Shown here one piece after another: positions 51,759 to 61,128 of a DNA stretch of 64,000 nt. Origin of the DNA: a virus (lineage: Duplodnaviria; Caudoviricetes). Below the pieces are notes generated by a model that was not told the origin of the DNA, made no database searches, and saw only the letters and a program-made list of their open reading frames with translations. The stretch is from positions 32,001 through 96,000 of the IMG/VR virus record IMGVR_UViG_3300014039_000013. The stretch is one strand, 5' to 3'. Position 1 is the first letter of the stretch. Each line of letters opens with the position of its first letter. A program made the position numbers and the translations under genes.

Positions 51759-52336
51759 TTTTTATAATGTTTTATTAGTTTATAAAAAAACTCCTTAGGA
51801 ACAAATACAACTTCTCCTTCACTATGCATATTAACTTGTCCGTCTTGTACTTTCTGTGAATTCCAAAATAGTACAAATGGTTTATCAGTTAATGGGCACT
51901 GTGATTTAATTTTAAAGAAACTTGGTGTATTTGAAGTACATTTTAATTGAGCATTAAAAGGCAATTGTGAATTAGTATCAATTAAATCTACTTTCAAATT
52001 ATCCAATTTCTTTGATTCTGATCTTGATGTAACTACACCTGTAAATCCTAATTCTCTAAGTTCTTTAGCAATTTTTTGTTCATATCTATTACCTTTTCCT
52101 TTAGAATATTTACCAGATTGTCTTTGTTTCTTTGCTTTTGCTTGATCGCATAAAGGGCATCCAGTATGTGTAAGAACCTTTTTAGCAATTTGAGAAACAG
52201 TGTTTCCACATGTATTACATTTATATGTTATATTTTTATCAAGTCCCTAATAATTACTTTCAGAAAAATCAAATTTTCCATGACCGTGTTTATTTTCGAC
52301 TTTATCGATAAATGTTTTAAGAGTTTGTTTTGTCAT
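51755..52336 (-). CDS. Holliday junction resolvase (Hjc-like) with an N-terminal zinc ribbon, 193 aa, one TAG=Gln
   Basis: ATG at 52336 overlaps the primase end. ESNY(TAG 52247-52249)GLDKN..CNTCG..GCPLC..SKGKGNRYEQKIAKELRELGF..VDLID..NAQLK; the track shows only 51755-52006. Confidence 0.8.
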
Positions 52337-53318
52337 GTATTTTTAATATTTCATTTTTTATAAATTCAAATGTTTTTACTTTTCCATATTTTTTGTGAAA
52401 ATCTGAAATATCTTTTACTTTATACTTATTAGGAATAAAAAAATATTTTAATTCTGGATGTTTTTTTCTAATTTTTGCTAAATTATATTTACCAGGTCTA
52501 TCATTATCATAAAATACTACAATATATTTGAAACGTTCTTTTAATTTATTTAATACTTTTTCTTCTATAAATAAATTTTCAGAACAAGGTGCTATAGCTG
52601 CAATTCCAAATGAATTCAGACACATAACATCTTTCATGCTTTTTGTAATTATTAATAATTTTCCTGATTCTGGAAGTTGTTTCCAACCTTGAATTTTATC
52701 CTTATCCCAATTAGCTAAAAAACGATAAGATTTTCTATTTGGAAAATACATTCTCCAATATTCGATTCCATCTTTTTTACCACCATAATATCCATATATA
52801 GGACATTTTGAATTTGATGAAGCAAATATGTTTCCATTCAAAAATACAGTCTTTACAGAATATATATGAAATTTTTTTAATTGTTTTTTTTCAACTCCAA
52901 ATTCTTTCCACCATTTTAATTGTTCTTCTGAAAATGGTTGTAATTCTGCTTGTAAAAACGTACTTTGCTTAATTTCTAAATCATGAACGATAGATATCTT
53001 TTTTTGTTTTATATTATCAGATTTAATTAACCCAAAATCTTTAGCAATAATGCGTAATGCTTTATAAAAATTGCAATTATAAATATTCATTACAACTGTA
53101 AAACAATTGTAATGAATATTTGTTGCAAAATCATGAAAATATACTATTCCAGATTTAGATTTATAAAATGCAGCAGTAGGTTTATGATCATTACGTAATG
53201 GATTTACAAATAGTTTTTTAGATTCTACTGGCAAATTTAAATAAAATGATAATATACTTTCTTGATTAATTTTTGATAATATAAATTCTTTATTAATAAT
53301 TGAGACATTAAAATCCAT
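52317..53318 (-). CDS. DNA primase (Toprim)
   Basis: NPLRNDHKPT, ITKSMKDVM, YDNDRPG, KDISD. Confidence 0.88.
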   Translation of the reverse strand: MDFNVSIINKEFILSKINQESILSFYLNLPVESKKLFVNPLRNDHKPTAAFYKSKSGIVYFHDFATNIHYNCFTVVMNIYNCNFYKALRIIAKDFGLIKSDNIKQKKISIVHDLEIKQSTFLQAELQPFSEEQLKWWKEFGVEKKQLKKFHIYSVKTVFLNGNIFASSNSKCPIYGYYGGKKDGIEYWRMYFPNRKSYRFLANWDKDKIQGWKQLPESGKLLIITKSMKDVMCLNSFGIAAIAPCSENLFIEEKVLNKLKERFKYIVVFYDNDRPGKYNLAKIRKKHPELKYFFIPNKYKVKDISDFHKKYGKVKTFEFIKNEILKIHDKTNS

Positions 53319-53332
53319 GTCTCAATTAATTA

Positions 53333-54034
53333 TTAAAGATTATCGATTTCGTCTGACAAAGAGCTAAAATCTAAGTTTTCTAAATTATCATTATTAGACG
53401 ATGTATCGGTAATTTTAGTTGGTTTTGCTGAAGAATAATTAGCAGCTTGTCCAGCTTCATATGCTGTAAATGCAACATTCGTACCAACAAAATTATTTCT
53501 AACAAATGGTTCGTCATCGTTTCCAATAGCAGTTACATATGGGAAGTCTGCGTATACAGAACCATCACGATTTTTACCAATAAGTTTAATCTTTGTAGAT
53601 ACTCCTTTTTTAGCATTAATAATTTTTATCAAGGAATCTACAAATTGGTCCATTGTTTTAATCTTATTGGCAACTTTCTGAAGTTTACTAAATCCATCAG
53701 AATTAATAACTTGTGCAAGTTGCAACAACGTCCATTTAAATTCTTCAAAACGAGATGGTGTTGGATATGTTGATCCATCTTGTCTTTTCATTTGACCTCG
53801 TTGAGAATTTTCTGGAGTATCGTCAGGAATAAATAGATTTTTAATAAATCTTCCCTCTGAATTACTAAACGATATTTTAATTGTTTTATATGTTATACTT
53901 TCATCATTCTTTTTATGAAGCTCTTCGCGTTCAATTCCATCGAATTTGACATCATAAATACCCCAAGGCTTCAAGAAAGATGAAGTATTGATTGCTGACT
54001 TATTTTCAAAACTACCGAAATTAAAATTGCTCAT
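53333..54034 (-). CDS. Probable single-stranded DNA-binding protein
   Basis: Acidic C-terminal tail; lies between the AAA ATPase region and primase. Confidence 0.55.
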   Translation of the reverse strand: MSNFNFGSFENKSAINTSSFLKPWGIYDVKFDGIEREELHKKNDESITYKTIKISFSNSEGRFIKNLFIPDDTPENSQRGQMKRQDGSTYPTPSRFEEFKWTLLQLAQVINSDGFSKLQKVANKIKTMDQFVDSLIKIINAKKGVSTKIKLIGKNRDGSVYADFPYVTAIGNDDEPFVRNNFVGTNVAFTAYEAGQAANYSSAKPTKITDTSSNNDNLENLDFSSLSDEIDNL

Positions 54035-54048
54035 ATTATTTATATTTT

Positions 54049-54621
54049 TTAAAAGTTAAAATCCTGTGCTGTTAAATCATTATCATCTATTAAATCAGAA
54101 AGTTCTAAATCATCATCAGACAAATCAATGTCTGGTTCATCTGAAGGTAATTCTATATCATCACTTGCTTCTACTTTTTCTGGTTGTTTATCACCAATTA
54201 AAAAGAAAACACCTTCTTGTTTTTCTTTTAGCTGAAATGCATTTCCATATTTGCTAAGCTGTTCATTTGCTTTTCCTCTACAACTTACCGTAAATGATTT
54301 AGTAACTTTGTTACCACCATTATTCCCAAATAATTCAGCTTTTCCTATGATTGGTGTTAAATTACCTTCATATTGTTCATAATTAATTTCAAGCTTATCA
54401 CCAGGAATAATATTAAGTAATTCAACAGATGCATTATTTAATTTGTATTTATTATCCTCTAAAATAATTTGAGGATTAGAGTTGTCGTCTTTAGTTTTCT
54501 TTACAACCTTAGCTTTAGAAGTTTTATTAAATTTTCCTTCTTTAACTTCTCCAGTTTCTGTATTAATTATTTCAAACTGACCAGTTGTTGTATCAATTGT
54601 AAAATTAAATATTAATTTCAT
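54049..54621 (-). CDS. Hypothetical protein with an acidic tail
   Basis: 190 aa with an Asp-rich C-terminus. Confidence 0.7.
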   Translation of the reverse strand: MKLIFNFTIDTTTGQFEIINTETGEVKEGKFNKTSKAKVVKKTKDDNSNPQIILEDNKYKLNNASVELLNIIPGDKLEINYEQYEGNLTPIIGKAELFGNNGGNKVTKSFTVSCRGKANEQLSKYGNAFQLKEKQEGVFFLIGDKQPEKVEASDDIELPSDEPDIDLSDDDLELSDLIDDNDLTAQDFNF

Positions 54622-55319
54622 TAAATATCAGAATTTTCAAATTTATTAATAGTATCAACTATTTCTTTCATATTAGGTTCTACATATTTATCCTTAAAAC
54701 ATCCTGCAACACTTCTACAGGTGTCATTGCCATCTGTTCTAGTCTTAATATGATATTGAACCTCGTCTTCGCCATCGGGAATATATCGTTCTGCATATAA
54801 CAAATAACTAAACAAACCATCCAAATTAATCTTAGAGGTTAACATTTTACCACTTGTATATAATCTCCAACTTGGATCTTCTTCTGTTCCGCAGTTTTCT
54901 ATATGAGAGATAAATATTACAGTAATATCATCTCTTAATTCTAGTGACAATTCAATTAAATCATAATAATTCTTAGCTTGGATCGTGAATTTTTCATATC
55001 CTTTAACTAATGCATCCTTAAAAGTAGCATTACTAAGTAAATAATTAGCATCATCTATAACAAGTACCTTTATATCAGGACGTGAACTAGAAATAGCCTT
55101 CATAATCTTTTGAATAGTCCCATATTCATTAGATACCAACCAATTGCCAATAAGCTTACCGTCTTCTACTTTTACTTTTTGATATTTTTTACGAAAACCT
55201 GGAATTTGTAGTTGTTTATTAGTACAACTAATAATAAATGTTGATTTTGAATCTAGATACTTTAATGAAGTCGATTTTCCACTATTTGATAAACCGCATA
55301 ATCCTAAAAGTGCACTCAT
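54621..55319 (-). CDS. AAA-family ATPase (Sak4/AAA_24-like)
   Basis: GLSNSGKST Walker A, VLVIDD Walker B. Confidence 0.85.
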   Translation of the reverse strand: MSALLGLCGLSNSGKSTSLKYLDSKSTFIISCTNKQLQIPGFRKKYQKVKVEDGKLIGNWLVSNEYGTIQKIMKAISSSRPDIKVLVIDDANYLLSNATFKDALVKGYEKFTIQAKNYYDLIELSLELRDDITVIFISHIENCGTEEDPSWRLYTSGKMLTSKINLDGLFSYLLYAERYIPDGEDEVQYHIKTRTDGNDTCRSVAGCFKDKYVEPNMKEIVDTINKFENSDI

Positions 55320-56407
55320 TATAATGTAAATTTAAAATTTTGTTTATTATTAACAATTTTATTGTCAATATTTTTATCTATTATATAATTAGGATCTTGA
55401 TATTTAGTATAATCATAAATTTCTCTTGGTAAAGGAAGTTCGTGCCATTCATTTATTTTACCAAAATAATTTATCCCTATTTCAATATCAGATTCTCCAT
55501 ATCTAGACTTTTGGATTGTAATACTTCTAAAACAATCTCTTAATAGACTAATATTATAGTCTTTATAAGTATTTAATCTATTTCTAAAAGGATTTAATAG
55601 TGAAATAACAATTTCACTATCATTTACTGGATTTGCAGAATCTCTTGTATCAGTAAGACTAAAATTAATCATACCTTGTTTTCTTCTTTCCATACCGCTT
55701 TGTTCTCTGTTTGCTTGTTGTATTACAACTGGAGAAATTGCTGCAATATTTCTAAGAGTTAGTAATTCTGCTGAAGCTAAATCTATTTCTTGTTTTAGTG
55801 TTCTACCTTTATTTGGTCTTAATAAAGATATATGATCCACTATTACTAAAAAAATACATTTAGGATTATTCCAAATAAAATTTTTATGATTATCAGTTTC
55901 TTCAAAATGCCCAAAGTTTTCTAATTCTTTCATTATTTTAGAATACATTATATCGGCATTCAATCCCTTATCATAGATTTTTAATCGTTTTTCAACTTCA
56001 ATTAACCAAGGTTTACATTTTTGTATAATTTCATAATATTCATCAGATAATACATAATTTTGTTCTCGAGAAAGTAATTGTTTAATTGATATTTCTTTGT
56101 GATATGTCTCAAAAATATAAGTAGATAATAATTTACCTAAAATCATTTCGGAGTTCATTTCTAATGAAAATAAATAACAAAAATAATTGTTATCATTATT
56201 TTTAATAGATTCACAAATTGGTTTATAAATATAACTAAATTGTGTAAAACTACTTTTACCACTTCCACTATCTGAGAAAATAGTAGTATAAGTTTGACGC
56301 ATTACACCATCAATTACTTTATCAAGTTTTTGTATTCCTGTAGAATATCCATGATTATATCCCGTTCTTCCTTGATCAATTTGCTGAAATAATTTTTCAA
56401 CAATCAT
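55319..56407 (-). CDS. DnaB-like replicative helicase
   Basis: SDSGSGKS, FSLEM, IVDHISL, QQANR, KSRYGE. Confidence 0.88.
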   Translation of the reverse strand: MIVEKLFQQIDQGRTGYNHGYSTGIQKLDKVIDGVMRQTYTTIFSDSGSGKSSFTQFSYIYKPICESIKNNDNNYFCYLFSLEMNSEMILGKLLSTYIFETYHKEISIKQLLSREQNYVLSDEYYEIIQKCKPWLIEVEKRLKIYDKGLNADIMYSKIMKELENFGHFEETDNHKNFIWNNPKCIFLVIVDHISLLRPNKGRTLKQEIDLASAELLTLRNIAAISPVVIQQANREQSGMERRKQGMINFSLTDTRDSANPVNDSEIVISLLNPFRNRLNTYKDYNISLLRDCFRSITIQKSRYGESDIEIGINYFGKINEWHELPLPREIYDYTKYQDPNYIIDKNIDNKIVNNKQNFKFTL

Positions 56408-56997
56408 ATTAATTTGACTGCATCAAAATTAATATTTATTCCGTTATTTTCTTTTATAGCTTTAATATTTAACCAATCATTATCAACAATAAAACTATCT
56501 AAAGTAGTGAAATTATATCCATTATTAATGCCCCATTTTACTAATTCAAGAACTTCTTGATGTAATTTAGGATTCCATTTAATAGCTTTTCCATATACAC
56601 GAAAGGCATCTTCTAGTGAATTAAACTTTTTGCTAATTCTTTTTAATTTAAATATTTCTCCTTTAACAATTGTTGTAGTAGGATAAGCATCAAATAATTC
56701 TTTACCAAGAATAAACGCACTTTTATAAAAAGTTTTAGTAAAATTTTTATTGAATAAAACGTCTTCAATATGAAACGCTTCTCCTTTATTAGGAATTTTA
56801 TAAGATTTTATAATAATACCTTTATTTTGTAAAGAAATTAATACATCTCTAAGACTACTTCCACACTTTGTTAAAATACCTGCGAATCTAAATATGTATT
56901 CAGAATCTCCATCTTTAGATAGTAAAATAGTTTGAATTGTAAATAATTCAGTTGGTGTTAAATAATATTTTTCTAATAAATTTAGTTGTTCGTCCAC
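56404..56997 (-). CDS. Replication-module hypothetical protein (GTG start)
   Basis: 197-aa ORF coupled to the DnaB-like gene; ELFDAYP motif. Confidence 0.7.
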   Translation of the reverse strand: MDEQLNLLEKYYLTPTELFTIQTILLSKDGDSEYIFRFAGILTKCGSSLRDVLISLQNKGIIIKSYKIPNKGEAFHIEDVLFNKNFTKTFYKSAFILGKELFDAYPTTTIVKGEIFKLKRISKKFNSLEDAFRVYGKAIKWNPKLHQEVLELVKWGINNGYNFTTLDSFIVDNDWLNIKAIKENNGININFDAVKLI

Positions 56998-57069
56998 AGT
57001 TAAAATAGTGTTTTAACTGTAATTTGGGTAATTTCATTTCTGAATGTATACAACTACATATAATTATAA

Positions 57070-58326
57070 TTAAAATCTAAACATATAACTCTGTAATTTA
57101 TATCTTGGTTTATCTGGTGTTTGATAATTTAACACTTGATTTAATCCATTTTCATCAATAGTAACAAAATCTCTACCTTCATGACTTTTAGTAACCCATT
57201 TTTCTTCAACAGTACCTCTAATAACAATATTAAAAAATTCAGCATTTTTATTAAAACTTTCAGCTCTAATAACTCTACCCAATCTTTGTATTGAGCTTGT
57301 TTTAGAAGATGTTGTTCCTATAACAATTCCGACTTCAAGTCTAGAAACATCTAATCCTTCATCAGCTTTTTTACATGTTGATAATTGATTAAATTTTCCA
57401 TCATTAAAGTCTTCTATCATAGTTTTACTACGTTTATTACTTAGCCTACCAGTATACACGTTTTCTATTCCTAATGACGAAGCCATTTGTACATTACCAC
57501 TAAATACAATACATTTTTTATTTTTACGTGCTTCAAGTATTTGTTTTGCTATTTGAATTTTTTTTGGATGATTATTAATAAATAATTTTCTTTTTTGCAT
57601 TGTTCTCATAAATCCCATTGTATGATAAGATATTTCTTTTAGTATATCTGTATATACTAATTTAGAATTATTTTGACATAACAATTTTGCATATTGAGTT
57701 CTAGCTAAAAATCCATTTTTACCAATTAATTTATTAATTAAATTCCAATTGAATTCAAAGTATTCAAAATGCATTGTAAATTCTTTATTTAAATTAATAT
57801 AATCATCAATATCGTCAACATCGATAATTACTATATATTCTTTAAATTTAGAAACCCATCCATTGGAAATACATTCAATAATATTTACTTCATCACACTT
57901 AGGACAATATTTATTTAGTAGTTCTTCCTTGCCATCTAATCTTTCAAATGTAGCTGTTAATCCTAAAATATATTTATATTTACATTTAGTAAATATATTA
58001 CTGAAAGAATCAGCTGGAATACGATGACATTCGTCAATTATTAATAAATCGCACGATAAACATTCTTTAATTGCACTATTTATTACATATACTTTAACAT
58101 TAAACGCAAGACCTCTATCATCTATTTGTCTAATCCATTGTTCTTTTAAAGTTGTAGTAGGAACAATAACAATTGTTTGAAGATCAGATTTTTGTTTTAA
58201 TAACAATTGGATGGCTAAAAATGCTGTTTTTGTTTTACCAAAACCAGTACTTGCTACAATACTAGCTTTACATTTATATTTTACCCAATTACGAATACAT
58301 TCTTTTTGTCGTTCATCACGTGTCAT
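57070..58326 (-). CDS. SF2 helicase (DExH)
   Basis: STGFGKT, VPT, DECH, TAT, EGLD, QRLGRVIR. Confidence 0.9.
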   Translation of the reverse strand: MTRDERQKECIRNWVKYKCKASIVASTGFGKTKTAFLAIQLLLKQKSDLQTIVIVPTTTLKEQWIRQIDDRGLAFNVKVYVINSAIKECLSCDLLIIDECHRIPADSFSNIFTKCKYKYILGLTATFERLDGKEELLNKYCPKCDEVNIIECISNGWVSKFKEYIVIIDVDDIDDYINLNKEFTMHFEYFEFNWNLINKLIGKNGFLARTQYAKLLCQNNSKLVYTDILKEISYHTMGFMRTMQKRKLFINNHPKKIQIAKQILEARKNKKCIVFSGNVQMASSLGIENVYTGRLSNKRSKTMIEDFNDGKFNQLSTCKKADEGLDVSRLEVGIVIGTTSSKTSSIQRLGRVIRAESFNKNAEFFNIVIRGTVEEKWVTKSHEGRDFVTIDENGLNQVLNYQTPDKPRYKLQSYMFRF

Positions 58327-59231
58327 TATTTATGTTTAAACAATATATTACTAACATCAGTATTAATAGTAATATTTCTAGTTTCACAAACTTTTAAAAT
58401 TTGTTGTATTCTTTCGTTCCATTGTTTTGCGTGATCTCTTACCTTTGCTTCAAGTTTATGTAGAATTGTATTTCTAAGAATCATGAGTTGGTCTGTTGTT
58501 AACTCTGAATATTTTTTATTCGATAGAGTCATCATAGCTCTAAATTCACGATATGTCAAACCTCCATTTTTAATATGAAGTTTAACATATGGTTTAAGAT
58601 TAAGTCTTGTTTTAACAACCTTAAGTCTATTAATTAGTTCTCCTTTTTCATTATGTTCTGTGAGATCTAATAATTCTTTATCAGTAAACCACAATCCTAA
58701 ACTTGTAATAAAATTACTTGTTAAATGTTTTTTATCAAATGAACCCAATGAATCTATACAAGCACAATATACTTTTTCAATTGTTAATTTTGAAAAATCC
58801 TCTGGTACATTTGTAATTCTAGTTATATATTCTTTAGACCAAGTTTCTCTTGGAATGGCTTCTTCATTATTATCTAAGAATGCTTTAAGAGATTGAAAAT
58901 ATGAAAACCTTGGAATTGGCTTAATACCTTTATCAGGATTACCCTTTTCAATATAACGCAAGAATAGTTCTGCATTACAATTTTCTACTTGTTCACCAAT
59001 TTGTTTAATCAAAACATTTCGGCCTGGATTTTTAGGTGATGGGTTATCGAGCATAATTACACATCTATTATACATATTTTGTAATTGTTCTTGTGTTGCG
59101 TCCATCATTTGAATTTCGTCTTGCACAAATTCTCCATTTACAAGTTTCTTTTCACCTTTCCAAACAAAATTCTTAACGTCATTCTTTTTCTCATCTAGTG
59201 CCTTAGCGAAGGCATCTGCCATTACTGTCAT
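58326..59231 (-). CDS. Conserved-looking hypothetical protein
   Basis: 301-aa ORF. Confidence 0.75.
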   Translation of the reverse strand: MTVMADAFAKALDEKKNDVKNFVWKGEKKLVNGEFVQDEIQMMDATQEQLQNMYNRCVIMLDNPSPKNPGRNVLIKQIGEQVENCNAELFLRYIEKGNPDKGIKPIPRFSYFQSLKAFLDNNEEAIPRETWSKEYITRITNVPEDFSKLTIEKVYCACIDSLGSFDKKHLTSNFITSLGLWFTDKELLDLTEHNEKGELINRLKVVKTRLNLKPYVKLHIKNGGLTYREFRAMMTLSNKKYSELTTDQLMILRNTILHKLEAKVRDHAKQWNERIQQILKVCETRNITINTDVSNILFKHK

Positions 59232-59237
59232 AATTTT

Positions 59238-59570
59238 CTATAATATTATTGTTTCATTTTTATCTATTTTTATTGGTTTATCTATAAAATTTAAAAATTG
59301 ATAGCCACTATATTTATAAGGAATAAATTTATCGCCATCATACCATTTATCTACTCCAGCGTTATGCAGTTCGTAAGTTAAATATCCAATATCATCTATT
59401 TGAATATCTCTACATTGCCAATTTGGGAATCTTACGCACCAAATATATTTTGACCAAATGCTCTTTTCTTCAAGATTTTCAAATATATATTGAATATATC
59501 CTAAAGTATCATTTTGTATTGCTTTTAATTGTGCTAATACTGTGTTTCTTTTTAAAGAGTTTGCATCCAT
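59238..59570 (-). CDS. Hypothetical protein whose TAG stop is in frame with the next gene
   Basis: ATG at 59570 (track start GTG 59585); CVRFPNW..AGVDKWYDG..PYKY; ends TAG AAA ATT ATG. Confidence 0.7.
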   Translation of the reverse strand: MDANSLKRNTVLAQLKAIQNDTLGYIQYIFENLEEKSIWSKYIWCVRFPNWQCRDIQIDDIGYLTYELHNAGVDKWYDGDKFIPYKYSGYQFLNFIDKPIKIDKNETIIL

Positions 59571-59670
59571 ATTTGGCAAAATCACTTATACATCTTTCCA
59601 TGCCTTCAAAGCATGGATAATGGTTACAATCTTTACAAGATAAATCAGGTCGTTTTATTTGACCGATCAT
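59509..59670 (-). CDS. Small Cys-rich protein, 53 aa (below the track cutoff)
   Basis: MIGQIKRPDLSCKDCNHYPCFEGMERCISDFAKYGC..; ATG overlaps the upstream TGA. Confidence 0.6.
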   Translation of the reverse strand: MIGQIKRPDLSCKDCNHYPCFEGMERCISDFAKYGCKLFKKKHSISTIKSNTK

Positions 59671-60080
59671 TTTATAAGCCATAAAATTCCAAATAAAGCT
59701 GATAAACTGAATCCTCCTATCGTCCAGTTTCTCAATCTTTTCTTTTTAGATTTAGTTATACGTATCTGTTCATTTAAATTATCTATTGTTTTTAAATTAT
59801 TATTAATTGTTATAAGATCTTTTTGATTTTGAACATTTCTTAAAGAATCTGATTTCTCTAAAATAGAATTTATCTTATTTAAAGATATAATTTTATTTTC
59901 TAATTGAGGAATCAAAAGCTTTTGTTTTTCATGTTCTATAAAGATAAGATTGCATTGCTTTAATTGTGTTGGTGTGATTACAATTAATGAATCATTTAAA
60001 ATTTTTGGATAAATAGTTTGAGAAAAAGATACAGTCGGAATCAGTAGACTGACTAAGAACAGTATTATAAGTTTTTTCAT
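59667..60080 (-). CDS. Signal-peptide/coiled-coil protein with a C-terminal TM segment (spanin-like candidate)
   Basis: N-terminal signal, coiled coil, hydrophobic C-terminus; overlaps the upstream gene by 89 nt. Confidence 0.55.
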   Translation of the reverse strand: MKKLIILFLVSLLIPTVSFSQTIYPKILNDSLIVITPTQLKQCNLIFIEHEKQKLLIPQLENKIISLNKINSILEKSDSLRNVQNQKDLITINNNLKTIDNLNEQIRITKSKKKRLRNWTIGGFSLSALFGILWLIK

Positions 60081-60297
60081 ACTTTGTTTTAATTACTGTT
60101 ATGTTTTTATCTACTTTTATAATTGTATCTTTAATAGATTCCTTATCTTTTTTTAAACTATCACATATAATTTTTAAAGAATCATACGAACTTTTATATG
60201 TATCTGGTGATTTATCTATTTTGTTTGGTTTAATAATAACAAATATTATTAATATAATTAAACAAATTATACCTAAAATACAAATAAATCTGTTCAT
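59992..60297 (-). CDS. N-terminal TM coiled-coil protein (i-spanin-like candidate)
   Basis: FICILGIICLIILIIFVII anchor followed by a coiled coil. Confidence 0.55.
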   Translation of the reverse strand: MNRFICILGIICLIILIIFVIIKPNKIDKSPDTYKSSYDSLKIICDSLKKDKESIKDTIIKVDKNITVIKTKYEKTYNTVLSQSTDSDCIFFSNYLSKNFK

Positions 60298-60863
60298 TAA
60301 TTTTTATTAAAATAAAAATTATAAATTGATTCTTCTTTAATTAACCAAGAAGTGTTTTCTTCAGCAGCAATATCTCTAATAGTTCTAGAAATAGATTCTT
60401 CTTCTGCTTGTTCTGGAATAAGTTTTCCTTCTACAGGACCATTTCCATTTAGCCAAGCTATAGTTCTATAATCTTTTAGTTCTAATGCCTTTTCTAAAAT
60501 ATTATCTATTTTATCAGTTGTTTCAATTTCTCTATCAACCGTAAATTGAAAAGGAAAGCTTCTGTCATCATAATTTAATTCAAGTGTTTGAATATTGGGA
60601 TATTGAAATTCAACATCATTATATGTTAACCAATTATAAATCCATTTATGATGATTATCTTCTTCTTCTGCACGTTTAAGATAATACTCAGATAATTTAT
60701 TTAATCCTTCATTTGCAAAGAAATTTGCAAAACTTAGATATATGTGTCTATTAGTTAATTCATGAGAGATTTGTTTTATAAACAAATCGATTAATTCTTC
60801 TTCTAATTCACAATATCTACGATTTGTATCAAACTTTTTTGGCTCTTCTGCATTTTCTGACAT
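60297..60863 (-). CDS. Non-heme ferritin-like protein
   Basis: QISHEL..YLSFANFF..AEEEDNH..EIETT..EQAEEE. Confidence 0.85.
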   Translation of the reverse strand: MSENAEEPKKFDTNRRYCELEEELIDLFIKQISHELTNRHIYLSFANFFANEGLNKLSEYYLKRAEEEDNHHKWIYNWLTYNDVEFQYPNIQTLELNYDDRSFPFQFTVDREIETTDKIDNILEKALELKDYRTIAWLNGNGPVEGKLIPEQAEEESISRTIRDIAAEENTSWLIKEESIYNFYFNKN

Positions 60864-61128
60864 TTAATTTAAGTTTAGGAAGTTTATTATTAATAATATA
60901 ATCTTTTGGAGCTTTTAACCAATCGATAAATTTGCCAACTATATAATTTTCTTTATAGTTGTATATAGATTTTCTCTTAATAGTTAAAGGATAATCTAAA
61001 TATAAAAATTTTGATCCATAGTATTCTAATCTATTCTTTAGAATTTTATAAAACGAAATTTCATATACAAATTTATCAGATATTGTAATCCAATCTCCAT
61101 TTGGTGCTACAAATGTATCATTAGACAT
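60829..61128 (-). CDS. Hypothetical protein
   Basis: 99-aa ORF. Confidence 0.55.
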   Translation of the reverse strand: MSNDTFVAPNGDWITISDKFVYEISFYKILKNRLEYYGSKFLYLDYPLTIKRKSIYNYKENYIVGKFIDWLKAPKDYIINNKLPKLKLNVRKCRRAKKV

